DNA of 64,000 bases from Octopus sinensis (Eukaryota). Each line of letters begins with the position of its first letter. Positions within the stretch are counted from its first letter, which is position 1. The DNA lies in the NCBI RefSeq assembly GCF_006345805.1, contig NC_043001.1, positions 76,384,001 to 76,448,000 on the forward strand, given 5' to 3'. This document shows, in pieces, positions 1 through 14,446 of the stretch. The translations under genes and the position numbers were made by a program. The notes beneath the pieces are model-generated. The model searched no databases, had not been told where the DNA came from, and saw only the letters and a list, made by a program, of their open reading frames with translations.

Positions 1-671
1 TGTTTATATGTCCATGTGTCTATATGGGTCTGTGTGTATCTCTGCTTGGGTGTGCATGTTTCTGTGTCTTGTGCTTCTGTATGAGCTTCTCTGAAAATCA
101 CTGAGCTATAATCAATGACGTTGTCATTTCCCCTGTCAACAAATTATCTGCTCACTTTGCACCTTGAAAAACAAGTAAAGGTTTGCAACAGTCAGGGCAT
201 CCAGCAGCAAAAACAACAAATAACACCATAATAGTATATTCATCTAACCCATGCTAACACGGAAAAACAGACATAAAAACATATTAAAGATTTCCTTAGT
301 TTATACATTTTCTTTTTCCTTTATAGTTTTGTCGAAGAATTACGCGAAGTGTCCATAACTCCCAAAACCTTTTTTGGGGTCTCCTTAGAGAGAAGAAAAG
401 AAACACTTCATGCATTATTCTCAGACCAGATCTGAATACTTCACTAAAGTCACCAAAGTGCCATCTTGTCATTATCATCATTTTGATGTCCACTTTTCCT
501 TAGTCGCATGGGTCAGACAGAATTTATTGAAGTATATTTCAGCAAGTTGCCCTTCCTGTCACCAACCCTTACTTGTTTCCAAGCAAGATCATATTTTTCC
601 ATGGCCAAATATATTTTGGTAGAATATTAGAGATAATAACATATATGCATGCATACACACACACACATACA

Positions 672-716
<45 letters not shown>

Positions 717-1070
717 CAGGGTGCAGCAGAAGTAACACCCTTTTTGCATTTACTAACTTTTATAGTATATAAATGTTTATTAAGTAATTTTTTATTGAAC
801 ACAAATTTATTGCATTACTTAAAGAAACAAATAATAAACTAATGAAAAAAATTGCAGAAGTTTTAGAAATTTATACAAAAGGACAATACTTTCATAAGGC
901 TTTGATCAGCTTAAGGCTATAGTAGAAGACACTTGCTCAAGGTGCCATGCAGTTAGATCCAACCTAGAACCTCATGATTACAAAATAAACTTCTTAAAAG
1001 AAAGGTCATACTTACATCCATTTAAAGCTACATGTCTAACCCCTTAGCATTCAGTTTACTTTGTCAAATG

Positions 1071-1445
1071 GAGGTGCAATGGCCCAGTGGTTAGGGCAGC
1101 GGACTCGCGGTCTAAGGATCGCGGTTTCAATTCTCAGACCAGGCGCTGTGAGTGTTTTTTGAACGAAAATACCTAAAGTTCCACGAGGCTCCGGCAGAGG
1201 GTGGAGGTGAACCCTGCTGTACTCTTTCACCACAACTTTCTCTCACTCTTCTTGTTCCTGTTGTACCTGTATTTCAAAGGGACCAGCCTTGTCACACTCT
1301 GTGTCACGCTGAATCTCCCTGAGAACTACATTAAGAGTGCACGTGTCTGTGGAGTGCTCAGCCACTTTCACATTAATTTTACAAGCAGGTTGTTCCATTG
1401 ATCGGATCAACTGGAACCCTCGTCGTCGTAACCGACAGAATGCCA
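1071..1445 (+). mobile_element. tRNA-derived SINE inserted in a piggyBac-like MITE
   Basis: A-box TGGCCCAGTGG, B-box GGTTTCAATTC, TSD GTCAAATG (1063-1070 / 1446-1453). The host MITE (about 1038-1650) resembles the one at 5485-5715. Confidence 0.75.
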
Positions 1446-3219
1446 GTCAAATGTAATGCTTATTTATTCACATTGTTTTCAATTAATTATGTATTATGTT
1501 GTAGCTTCAAGATTTTGATGATGTGATTATATATTTTTAGAATGACATTGTAGGGTAGGTGTGTGACGCCAGATCCGGCCAGTTTGAACATTAAAACAGG
1601 CAGAATATTTTGGCCGGATATGGTTGGTTTAAATGTTGAAGGACTAAAGAGAAAACATGTTATACCATTCATTAGGTAGTTACAGTATTGATTAATATTG
1701 CATATAGCAATTAAGCAGAGGATACATTTGGAGGGTTCCTTCATATTTTAATAATTTCATGGATGGGTTTAAGCTCAGCATTATAACTTAACAATACACT
1801 TTGTTTGCATCCAATGATGTAAACTAGTTCTTCTTTTGGGGCAAATGCATACATTGTTTAGAGAGTAGGATTGACCCTGTGCAAGCCCTTTCCTCACTTT
1901 AAAATGCTTCAGGCATAAGACATCATCATCATTTAACGTCTGTCTTCCATGCTGGCATGGGTTGATGGCTTGACCAGAGTTGACAAGCGGAAGAGCTGCA
2001 TGAGGTCCCAGTCTGATTTGGCTTGGTTTCTACAGCTGGTTGCCTTTTCTAACACCAACCATTAAACAGTGTGTGCTGGGTGCTTTTAACATGGCGCTGG
2101 CCCAAGCACTTTTATGTGGCACCATGCCTTTACATGGTATTGATTGATTTAAAAAAATCTCTATTATGTATTGCATACTATAGCTCAATAAAGCCAAGAA
2201 AGGTAAAACCTTCAATGAAAATTCTGTGACAGACTGAAGGCATGTGTCAGCATGGGTGGTAACTCTCTGACCACCTGCTGCAAGAGGCACCTAACATTGT
2301 CACATCTGTACAAAAGAGTGCAGATCCCTAGCATGACAAAAAGCTGAAGATACATTGTAGTGCCAGTTACAGTATTGTTTTACCAATTTCTTACAATCTG
2401 CTCAACCATGGCACTCCATGTGAAAAAAAATCATATACATGCATACATATATTTGTGTATACATATATATATGTGTGTATGTGTGTGTATATATTATTAT
2501 ATAAAATCGTTCTGTCTGTCTGTGTGTGTGTCTTCTAGGATCTCGGGCATCCTCCATCCGATTGCGCTCAAATTTGATATGTAGATACCGATGGTATCAG
2601 GTAATGCATAAGTCTTGAAATAATTACAAAAATCGATTCCAGGTGAAAATGCGATTTATAAAGCCGTGGGAATGTGCATTTGTACGTGCAAGTACATCAG
2701 CAGTTGTGATCGATACTACGCATACGCAAGAAAAATGCACATGCAGTTTGTGCAATAAAAGCTGGCTGGCTTGAAATAATGCCATAAAATGCAGTATATT
2801 TAAGAGACCAAAAAATAAGATGTAAAAGAGATATTTTCTTCAAACTTGGGATGAAGGAAGGAAAGACTATTTGGTTTCTCAAGAAGTTTTTTTTTTTGCC
2901 TTAACTTCGGTTAACAAAACCAAAAATTTTATTGAAATAAAGGCATGCTTAATTATTTTTTAATGAAAAGAAAACACTGATTGCTTTTTATTCAGTAGAT
3001 ATGATTCAGCACTGTCCATTGGATGGGGTGGGGCGTTTTGCTCATATGTATAAAAGAGAGTTATAGTTCACTTGAAGCATTGTAATATCAAAGAATGTAA
3101 AAAGAAAGAAAATAGATAGATGGGCCTATATTAAATATAAAGGTTTTATTAAACTTGCTGCATTGTCAGAAGCTTTGTATTCTCTCTTTTTACATTCTTA
3201 TATATATGTGTGTGTGAGG

Positions 3220-3252
<33 letters not shown>

Positions 3253-3983
3253 CATACGTACATACACACACACACACACACACCAAATGGTTAATCTAGA
3301 GATACATACATGCACACACACACGCAAATACATACATGCATGCATAATTGCTGCAACTCAGTTTTGACCAATGTCATTGCTTGATTGTTGTCTTAAACAT
3401 GAACAGCATGTATATGGTTTTTGAGTCCTGCTAGGAATCTTTCATACAAATGTGGCAATGATGGGGGCCTCTTGCAGCAGGTATTCAGAAAGCTTACCAC
3501 CCTCACTGACACTGGCCTTCAACCTGTTGCTGAATTTTTCATTGAATGCTTTATTGCTTCTTGGCTATAGCCAGCCATACTATGCAGCACATGACAGGGA
3601 TGTTAAATAATCAATCAATACCTGTACCTGATGCTTTAAGTGAGGAAAGGACTAGCACAGGGCCAACTCTACTCTTTAAGCAATGGATGCATTTACCAAA
3701 AAAAAACACAAATTAAAATTTTTGTATGCAAACAAAGTCACAGGTGTTGTTAAGAGAGTGGCTTTCATTAGACACCCTTCAGGACAAAGAATAAAAACTT
3801 CTCAAAGGGCAGATGAACTCAATAAAGTCAATGGCCATCCAATAGCTAGGAGCAAGAGATTACTATTCTTTGTTTTAAAACAAAAACTGAATGCTGATCA
3901 AGTAAAAATTGGGGGAAAACAATAATTTTTCTCTTCTTATTTACTGTGTATTAATCATGATTTTGTTTTTTCATTTAATTTAG

Positions 3984-4875
3984 ATTACTGAAAAACCCTC
4001 CCAAACTCGCTGATCAACAAACCTATCTTATTGATCCTGATACTCAGAGTATGCTGATTGAAAAATACTATCAGTTCGATCCTCGTGTTGTAAGGGAAAT
4101 TCTTGGTAAGAAGCTCTCAGCTCGCAATCGCAAAGATTTGGATGATGTAAGTGAGAAGACCAAAGTTTTATTACGAAGTTGTCGGCGTCAGTTTGATAAC
4201 ATTAAGCGTGTTTTTAAGACTGTGGAAGAAATGATGGGTACCCTAGTTGATAACATTTGTACCTATTACCTACTACCTAAAGAACTTGCTCGACAGTACG
4301 CTGCAATAGTCTTCATCACAAACAATAGGTTTGAAACTGGTAAGAAAAAACTCGCATTTCTCACATTTGAAGATTATGTTCATTGTGCAAACCAAATGAT
4401 TGCTAAATGGTCTTATAGTTCTGTGGAATGTACAGGCCATGAAGACATGGATGTCGATCTGGACAGGGATTTTTTGCAGAAGTTACGAGATCTAAAAATT
4501 CTTACAGAAAAGGAACACCTTGATGAACATAAAAGTATTGTCTTAGATAAAGTGCTGAAGATAATGTCCGACAGAGCTTTTCAAGATCTGGAAGCGAATT
4601 TCAAGAATGTTTCAAAAACAATCATCAACATTGCTTATGGTCTGAACCATAGCAAAGACGCACGGGACATTTTTGTTGACTTGGTTGAGAAAATGATAGA
4701 ACCATGTTTTCAGTCTCGATGGACACAAGCAGACATGCAATATTTCTTGACAGCTTACCGAGAGAGCTGCAAAGAGATGCAGCTCTTTATCCGCACTGAT
4801 CCAAACTTACTTGTTGTGTGGGAGCGATACATCAGCACACTTTCTAGTTGCGTTTTACAGATTTATCACACATGA
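3984..4875 (+). CDS. FIBP: Acidic FGF intracellular-binding protein, terminal coding exon (upstream exon(s) not seen in the window)
   Basis: ORF 4051-4875 (MLIEKYYQFDPRVVREILGKKLS...SCRRQFDNIKRVFK...NNRFETGKKKL...VDLVEK...CVLQIYHT*) matches recalled FIBP throughout. Homology extends upstream (LLKNPPKLADQQ) to a T-rich acceptor ending TTTAG at 3983 (phase 2). An in-frame TAA at 3976-3978 shows the upstream sequence is intron. Confidence 0.95.
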
Positions 4876-5484
4876 CTTGGGCTGTGAGCATGTGTTTTAC
4901 CAGGGGACATTTATGTGGTGCATTTGACATGCTGAAACAAAGGGCTGACAGCTTGGCCAAACAGGGATCATTATCGACTCAGTCATTTTGTTGTAGATAT
5001 AAGTTTTTGTGGGGGGGATTGGAGTTGTTTTTGTTTTTTGCTTCTTTTTTTTATATATATTCTATATCAATCCTGATTGTGCAAAAACTTAAAATTCCAT
5101 CCAACCATCAAACCTTTCACAACCAAATTAACCAACAGCTGATACTTAGTTAGAATCTAGAGAATATAATATCTAAATATCTGATGTGAATTTTTAGTTT
5201 AGGTCTCATACATTCTCAATTTTTTTCCTTAATTATTTTATAGGATAATTGTAAAAGTAAGTGAAAAGACTATTATTGATCCCCAATATTATTGGCACAA
5301 TGGGTTTTTTCTTTTTTTTTTTGTTTATTCTTTTTCTTTTCTTTGGTGGTAGGTGGTATAGGTGATTAAATTGATCACTATGTTTGACTGGTACTTTTTT
5401 TTTATTTTTTGACCCTGGAAGGATAAAAGATAAAACAAAGTTGATCTCAGAGGGATTTGGATTCGAAGTGTGAAAATGGCTTTA

Positions 5485-5715
5485 ATTGACCCTTTAGTAT
5501 TCAGATTATTTTTATCAAATGTAATGCTTATATGTTTACATTATTTTGAATTACTCATGCATTGTCTCGAAATTTGGAGATTTCAATGATGCTAATCTTT
5601 ACTTTAGGAATAACATTATAGGGCTAGATTTAAGGGGCCAGATCTGGCTAGTGTGAGCATAAAATGGTAAGAATATTTTGGCCAAATACAGCCAGTTTAA
5701 ATACTAAAGGGTTAA
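5485..5715. mobile_element. piggyBac-like MITE
   Basis: CCCTTTAGTATT ... AATACTAAAGGG|TTAA termini. Confidence 0.55.
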
Positions 5716-6232
5716 ATATTGTGAGTCAATTTGCCTGACACTTTAACAAATTTGCCAGTGCATATACTAATTAGGTTTTGACTAAAGCATCAGCTGAAAA
5801 CAAATGTTGAAAATTTTGTAATTGACATAATCATGTGACAACAAATATAATGAAAAAAAAAATCAAATATAGTGGTAGGGAACCTAATGAGTTACCTTTT
5901 CTCATTCATTTCCTTTAATTATTTGTTTGGAGGAATGACAATAGATTATAATCTATGTCCTCTGGTGAGGATCTCTTATCAGCTACTTCTCATAATATTA
6001 CTCTTGAAAAATCTGCATTCTCAATGATTTCAACAAATTTTATATGAAATAATATGGTAATTTTTTTTCTCTCTTTGTCTTCCTTATGGATATAAATAAT
6101 TATGTAAGCAGAATTGTATAAAAATAGATAATTATTGATTTATTGATAACTAATTATCAGTTGCTATTAATAGGAAGGAAATGTAGATTCAGCTCATTAT
6201 ATATTCATATATGATGTATGTATATACATTGA

Positions 6233-6275
<43 letters not shown>

Positions 6276-6633
6276 CAAATAAGAAAATGGAGGAGAACAA
6301 TAGGTGGTTCATCAACTTTTTGACATTAAATTATGTTAACTTATTTATTTATTAAACTGATAATTATAATAACATACATATAGCATATTATTCTTTACAT
6401 ATAAGATATAAATATAGTAATATATAAGGATACCAGTAATTATTATAAAAAACATGTTTCTTATTTGCTCTATAAATTAATGGTAAAATGTCTCTTTACC
6501 TTCACCCATTTAGTACACTAGGTAATGTAATTGCATTGCAATAAAACACACTTGTGTATTAATAATTGGGTATTCTACTAGCAGTATATTGGATAGATAT
6601 TATCCCTTAGTGGGTTGGATTCACAACCCCTAA

Positions 6634-6683
<50 letters not shown>

Positions 6684-8255
6684 TGTATGTATCAATTAAA
6701 TTGTTCCAAATGGTGTAACTCAAAGTAGATAAAGCTATAAATAATACCATTTAGAATATTAGGTTAAAAAAATACCTTTGGTTTTTATGTATTATATATA
6801 AACAGTTATTAACTTGAAGGATTACTCAATATTTTTCAATAGAGTAATATGTGTTTGTAAATTACCTTTACAATTTGAAAAATTCAGGATAAAAAAATAG
6901 TTGTGGAAATTGTAAAGGTAATTTATGGACAACCTGTATATTTATTTTATCTTTACAAGGGAAAGGTTAACGGTTATTTTGAAGTTTCAATGACATAGCC
7001 TTCATTGAACAGTCTGACACAGATTACATAACCAAAACTCCAAAATAACTCTCAATCTTTCCTTGATGAAAATGAAATATATAAATATAAATGTACCTAT
7101 TCAGATTCCCTCTGAGACTGTTGACGTAAACAGACATGGTATCTGTTCATCTTTAATATATACCATATCAATTTCCGTACACATCAACATATGTATGTTG
7201 ATATCTGTGGAGAAAATTCCAGCAGAAAGAGTATCCCAGACAGCTGTCATTTGAGTTAGACATAGTAAAGTGTAAAAAGAAAAGGAGAGCGAGATGAGTC
7301 TGGATAAAGGTGGGATGCAACTACCTTGTTCAGAGGTGCTGTGATCATTTTATTCATGATGGAAGAAGGGAGTAGACAACATATCTGTGGGTTATAGATT
7401 GTTGTGTGTTGGTGAGTGAATCAGTTGGCTTTGTTTTCTTTTACATGAAGTCTTGGATGCTCATGTGTTGTAACACCACAATCCCAGTTATGGGAATAAT
7501 ATTCCAATGTGGCTCACACTTTGTAGAGGTGTTAGCAGCTGACCGAAACTCAAGATGAAGACTGGTCTCTGGGATGCTGTTTTAGTTATGCATGCAGTGG
7601 TCACCAGGCAAGTTCAGTATATTTCATTTGAACATTGACATGAATTTTAATTGTTGGGTTTTATAATGTTGATCGAAAAACACCTAAAAATTGATTCCTG
7701 TCCATCAGTTAATTCTGAAAACTCTGCAACAAAACAAATCTATTGGTTCCAAATAACTACACCTTGATAACTTTTTATATCATGGTGAATGTCTCCTGGT
7801 ATATGTGGCACTCCAAGTAAAACAACCATTCAGTATGTGACAGTCAGTTTATTACAAGTTCATCAATTATTATTTAGGCCCTTAATTTGGTTTCATGTGC
7901 TTTTGAATCCTTCTTCTCTGTTTTATAGCCTCTTCCTAACCCCATATTCATCCAGATTCAAGGCACTTACCAAAGGCAATCAGCCAGTTTAGGACCTAAT
8001 TGTTTTCTTGAGTTATATCTAGCTTGTGGTATAACTGTGTTAGCCATACAACCTACTAGAAATAACACACTCATATATTCAAAGACAGGAAGGACACATT
8101 GGTCATTGTAATCCTAAATAAACAAAAGATAGGATGGTCATAGGTGAAACTGCTTTGTATATGTGTTTGTGTGTGTGTATATATATATTTATATATACAC
8201 ACACATACATATATATACACACACACACACATATATATATAATTATGTATATGTA

Positions 8256-8310
<55 letters not shown>

Positions 8311-8641
8311 GTACACATACATATATACATGCACACACACACACACATATACATATATAGTTAATCCAAACATGAAAACACAACAACGCAAGGACGTGGA
8401 ACAAATATAGTATTATTGGACGCTCAGTATTTTTAGTATTATATGTACACATACATATATACATGCACACGAACACATATATATATACATATATATAATT
8501 ATATATATATATATATATATGAATATATATATATATACATACATACATATATATATATATATACACACACGGATATATACATATATCATCTGTAAAACCA
8601 TAAATCTAAAAAAGAAACATACTCTAAGTTATAGAATAGTA

Positions 8642-9127
8642 TATATTAAAGTTAGATAAGGCCAGATTATGGGATTACCTTAGGTTTCACATCTATAAAG
8701 GTCTTAGCTTTGTGGCATATCATCAGACACCAAAACCTGTTGGCTTGAGGCCTGTCTATAATATGGAGGAAGAAAGGACCCCACTACTCAATGTCAATAA
8801 AGGGGATTGTCTCCCTTTCACTATCAATCACCACTGACCCTGCCATCCTGTGGGTCCAATAGGCCAGCTAAGCCCTTTGTGGATATGAAGACCTCCGTCT
8901 TGGATTTGAGGATGTTCCTTGGGTTATGGGAGTCCTTTAGGGTCCTTGCCCATTCCACTATGCATAATTTACAGCGCTTGAGTAGTGGGGTCCTTTCCTC
9001 CTCCATATTCTAGAGAGGCCTTAAGCCAACAGGTTTTGAGATCTGACAATATGCCATAAAGCTAAGCTCTTTATGGATATGAAACCTAAGGTGATCCTAT
9101 AAACTGGCCTTATCTAAATTTTATATA
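8642..9127. mobile_element. MITE with 150-bp imperfect TIRs
   Basis: Arms 8642-8791 and 8978-9127 are reverse complements. Confidence 0.8.
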
Positions 9128-9873
9128 TAGGCATAGCAATACCAATAATGTGGTGTTAGAACTCAATGAAGATATGTTTCTGGAAAGACATTAGTCCACA
9201 ACAGAAGGTAATAAGATATTATATGAATGACAAGAGAGCAAGGCATTATATAATTAACTTCAGTACCTAACAGCTGTTTCTGATATAAGATGCAATGCTA
9301 TTATCGTTAAGTGCTTGTGTATCACCCTATAGCAGAAACAGCTGTAAGCTAATGAAGTTCATTATGTAATTTCTTGTTTCTTTGTAATTTATACGGTATA
9401 TATATTAACATATGAAGTTTTATTTTTACCAGATATATGGCTTATAAACTTGAAAGAAACATTACATCATAAAATTATGAAATTCCATTTCTATCATTGT
9501 TGAACGCTTGCAAAGAAATCAAATATTTATCTGTAGATTCATTTAAGTAAAAAAATCTATATTTAATATATTACGTAGGTACAGAATATAATATTGGAAG
9601 TATGGTGATGAATTACTAGAAACTTTTGGCAGTTGGTCACTGATGTCTTTTCCTGTTGCCAAAATCCATCAAAAGTATGCTTATTAACATAAGCAAATCA
9701 CAGCTTCCAGATTCTCTTCACTGCTTTCTTTACTGACATAGTTCTGAAAATGTTACCTGCAACCTTTTGGCATGTGTCTACTGTTGTGATATAGAGTTTA
9801 AGATGTGTATTTATAAGTCTGTCTACTTATATATCTGCCTTTATATATATACATACATACATACATACATACA

Positions 9874-9905
<32 letters not shown>

Positions 9906-10347
9906 CATACATAGATAAATATGCACACACACATATATATATATATATGTATGTATATGTATATATATATACCTATATATATATGTATGTGTATATTTGT
10001 GTCTGTATATATGTATGTGTATATGTGTGTCCATATATGTATATATACATGTGTATATATATATGTATGTGTATGTATGTATATACATATATGTATGTAT
10101 GTGTGTGTATATATATATATCTATATACACACACATATATGTATATATATATATGTATATAAGTTGGATCGTGCCATCTGCATACACTGCAGGTGGAAAA
10201 AATTCTATGTAGAGTTTGATACTCACCTAATATTGTCTGAGTGTTCAAATCAGTTCGTCCTAACGAGGTGCCTCAATTTGAGTACCTAATTCAACTGAAT
10301 CTAAATTACATGTTTGTGCACTTGTATGTATATATTTATACACGTGC

Positions 10348-10387
<40 letters not shown>

Positions 10388-10682
10388 AATATATATGTAT
10401 AGATTGTTTGAAATGGTGTACACATTTTATATATTCTGAAAAAAGATGTTAGAATTTCGAATAATTATTTAGTGCTTTCATATCATTTTGAAGATTCATC
10501 AAAATTCTTGATTGTTCCTCTAAACAAGATGAAAGTGCTAAATAAATAGTTATTCAAAATGATTATCACCTCCTTTTTCAGCATGTGTGTATACATATCT
10601 ACGTGTATATTTATGTGTGTGTGTGTGTGTATGCTTATGTATATATATGTGTATGCATATGTATATGTGTGTGTGTGTACAC

Positions 10683-10726
<44 letters not shown>

Positions 10727-10788
10727 GTAAATGCATATGTATATATATATGTGTGTGTGTGTGCATATGTATGTATATATGTGTATGC

Positions 10789-10834
<46 letters not shown>

Positions 10835-11160
10835 CTGTATATATATATGTATGTATATATACATACATTTTTGTATGTATGTTTGTGTATGTGTGTATAT
10901 ACGTGTGTGTGTTTGTGTATATATAATTTGTATAATATATATATCTACCTACCTATCTATATCTCTTCATCTTTTCATGTCCATTTTCCATGCTGGCATG
11001 GGTTGGACAGTTTCAGAGAAGCCAGTGAGCCTGAGGACCATGCAAATGTCGAATATCTGCTTCAACAGCTTGATGCCCTTCCTAATGCCAACCACTTCAT
11101 AGTGTGTACTGTGTGCTTTTTACATGGCACTTGCACTAGTGAGGTCACCAAGTAACTCAC

Positions 11161-11183
11161 CAGATATATATATATATATAGAG

Positions 11184-11220
<37 letters not shown>

Positions 11221-11222
11221 AG

Positions 11223-11255
<33 letters not shown>

Positions 11256-11290
11256 ATATATAGAGATATATATATATATATATAGAGAGA

Positions 11291-11375
<85 letters not shown>

Positions 11376-11404
11376 TATTTATAACAGATAATTGTATATA
11401 TATA

Positions 11405-11464
<60 letters not shown>

Positions 11465-11884
11465 TATTTATAACAGATAATTGTATATATATATATGTGT
11501 GTGTATATATATATATATGTATATATATAATATATGTATATGTATATATATATGTTATATATATGTATATGTATATATATATGTATATGTATATGTAATA
11601 TATATATATATTATATATATATGTATATGCATATATATATGTATATATATATATGTATATATATATGTATATATATATGTATATATATAATATATATATG
11701 CATATGTATATGCATATATATATGTATATATATATATGCATATGTATATGCATATATATATGTATATGTAATATATATATATATATATGCATATGTATAT
11801 GCATATATATATGTATATGCATATATATATGTATATATATATATATGCATATGTATATGCATATATATATGTATATGCATATAT

Positions 11885-11925
<41 letters not shown>

Positions 11926-12530
11926 TATGTATATATATATGTATATGCATATGTATATATAATGTATATGCATATGTATATATATATGTATATGCATATG
12001 TATATGTATATATATATGTATATGCATATGTATATGTATATATATATGTATATGCATATGTATATATATATGTATATGCATATGTATATATATATGTATA
12101 TGCATATATGTATATATATATATATGTATATGCATATATGTATATATAATATATGTATATGCTATATGTATATATAATATATGTATATGCATATATGTAT
12201 ATATATATATATGTATATGCATATATGTATATATATATATATGTATATGCATATATGAATATATATATATATGTATATGCATATATGTATATATATATAT
12301 ATGTATATGCATATATGTATATATGTATATGCATATATGTATATATATATATATGTATATGCATATATGTATATATATATATATATGTATATGCATATAT
12401 ATATGTATATGCATATATATATGTATATGCATATATATATGTATATGCATATATATATGTATATGCTATATATATGTATATATATATATATATTTGTGTG
12501 TATATATATATATATGTATATGTATGTATG

Positions 12531-12572
<42 letters not shown>

Positions 12573-12580
12573 ATATATAA
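11161..12580. repeat. ~1.4 kb compound (TA)n/(TATG)/(TATGCA) microsatellite array
   Basis: Read directly. Similar tracts at 8150-8590, 9790-10160 and 10580-10950. Confidence 0.95.
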
Positions 12581-12583
12581 CAA

Positions 12584-12849
12584 TTGCAGCGTGGAAGGTG
12601 TTTATAAGCCATTTAAGAAACACACAAAATCCGTTAAATTGACTTCAACATTTAAATTTAATTTGTCAAAATATTTTTGGCACTTTGAAACTGCGACTTG
12701 TTCGCTGACATAATTTTGTCAGCGAACAGGTCGCGGTCTCAAAGTGATGAAAATATTTTGACAAATTAAATTTAAATTTAAATGTTGAAGTCAAACTAAC
12801 GGATTTTATGTGTTTCTTAAATGGCTTATAAACACCTTCCATGCTGCAA
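12584..12849. repeat. Fold-back element (~130-bp arms, 6-nt loop)
   Basis: TTGCAGCGTGGAAGG...CTGACA taattt TGTCAG...CCTTCCATGCTGCAA. Confidence 0.9.
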
Positions 12850-13540
12850 CTATTTTCGTTCCAGCACACAATCTCAGATCAGGTCACTTGCTATGCAAGT
12901 ACATCTCCATAATATATATATATATATATATATACATACACAAAACATTTTACCACAGTAATTCATTCTCTTATAAGCATTCCTTGAATCTTTGTACCAC
13001 TAATACCGCTATTACTACTGCTGCTGCTGTTACTACTACTACTACTACTACTATTATTACTACTTCTACTACTACCAGCTGTCTGTTACCCAATTATTGT
13101 CTTTTGCACCACTGCGACCTGGGAAGCATGTGTTGTAGCCCACACTCTGGACGTTTTGTATGAATTCGCTGCCAAGCTACTGTGATAACTGTATTGAGAT
13201 CATCTTCCATTATTGCTAGTAAACTATGATTATTGTTTAAATAATTAAATATTTATATATTTTAAGTTTTACTTTGCCTTTTTTTTCGCTTTTTTTTTTC
13301 AACATTTTCCTATTTCTCTTTTCATTTCAGATTGTTTCGGTTTTGTAGAGACATTGTATAATATACATTTTTCCATTTTGTTTGTTTTTGTTCTGTTCTT
13401 TTTTTTTTTGTTGTTTTCCACTCTTTTAAACCTCACACCAAATACCTTTCTGTAAAATGTTTTTTTAATTAACTTAATATTGTATTATCAAAAGTATATC
13501 TTTTTATCAATTTTATTTTATTTATTTAATTATTTATTAT

Positions 13541-13580
<40 letters not shown>

Positions 13581-14446
13581 TCTTTCTCTCTCTCTCTCTC
13601 TCTCACTTTCTCCATTCCCATCTTTAATTTCTCTGAGTTTTTTCTTTGCATTTCCATCTCTCAGGTTTATAAATGTTTTATAAAGAAAGGAAAATGTAGG
13701 GGAAAATGGTTTTGCTTGTAGCTACAACCGTACTTCTGCTAGTCACACATCACCTACCAATACCGTTTATACTGTTCTTTTTTATATATAACAATCTTAC
13801 AACTGTTGTTTTACATGATTTTTTTTTCTATTCATTTTGGTTTGGGGGAATTAATAAACTACAATAAAATTGCGTGTCTTTCTGTATTTAATGAATGTCT
13901 CAGGCAATGAAAAGATTTCTCCAACCAAAATGAAATGGGTTTATTTGTTAGTAATTTTATGTTTCATCTTTTATCAATGGACAGGAATAAAAACAAGAAA
14001 ATCCTAAATTCAAACTCTGTTTTGGTTTCTTCTACATTTAAATTGAATTAACACACATGTACTCTTATAAATATATAACAGTCTTTATTATATTAACATT
14101 CTTCTTCTTAAGCCCTTCGCTCCCTATAGAGCAGAAGCCATTGACAACTTGTTTTCACTGTTTTTGATTCTGAGCCTTCCTTTCTCAGTTCTTGTTGGTT
14201 CTGAATTGTCTTCAATATTTTTGTAACTTTTTTTTTTAGGTGTAAGTTTTGGCCCTCTGCAAACTCCTTTTACTTCTGGGAAAAGGTGGTTCATATTAGC
14301 CTGGCCTCTTTTCTTTGACCTGTCCAGAAGAGGAATCCTTACCATGAACCTGTGCTTAGCTGGCATAGGTCTCAGGATCATTTAGGCAGACAAACCACTA
14401 CACTGCAACAAGGACTGGACCTTGTAGTGGATTATATTAGTATATA

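Noticed and set aside
1071-1145. tRNA gene
   Set aside because: It is a SINE head: it continues into a body and has a TSD, without a proper acceptor stem.
6950-7260. Possible small minus-strand exon
   Set aside because: All frames hit stops or give no recognisable product.
7530-7570. CCGAAAC...AAGATGAAG, hammerhead-like words
   Set aside because: Wrong order and no supporting stems.
8071-12713. Long ORFs rich in Y/I/H/T/C/V (up to 342 aa)
   Set aside because: Translations of (TA)n/(CA)n/(TATG)n microsatellites that lack stops by composition; the same applies to 21836-25368.
14124-14381. 85-aa minus-strand ORF
   Set aside because: No recognisable homology or convincing splice context in any frame.
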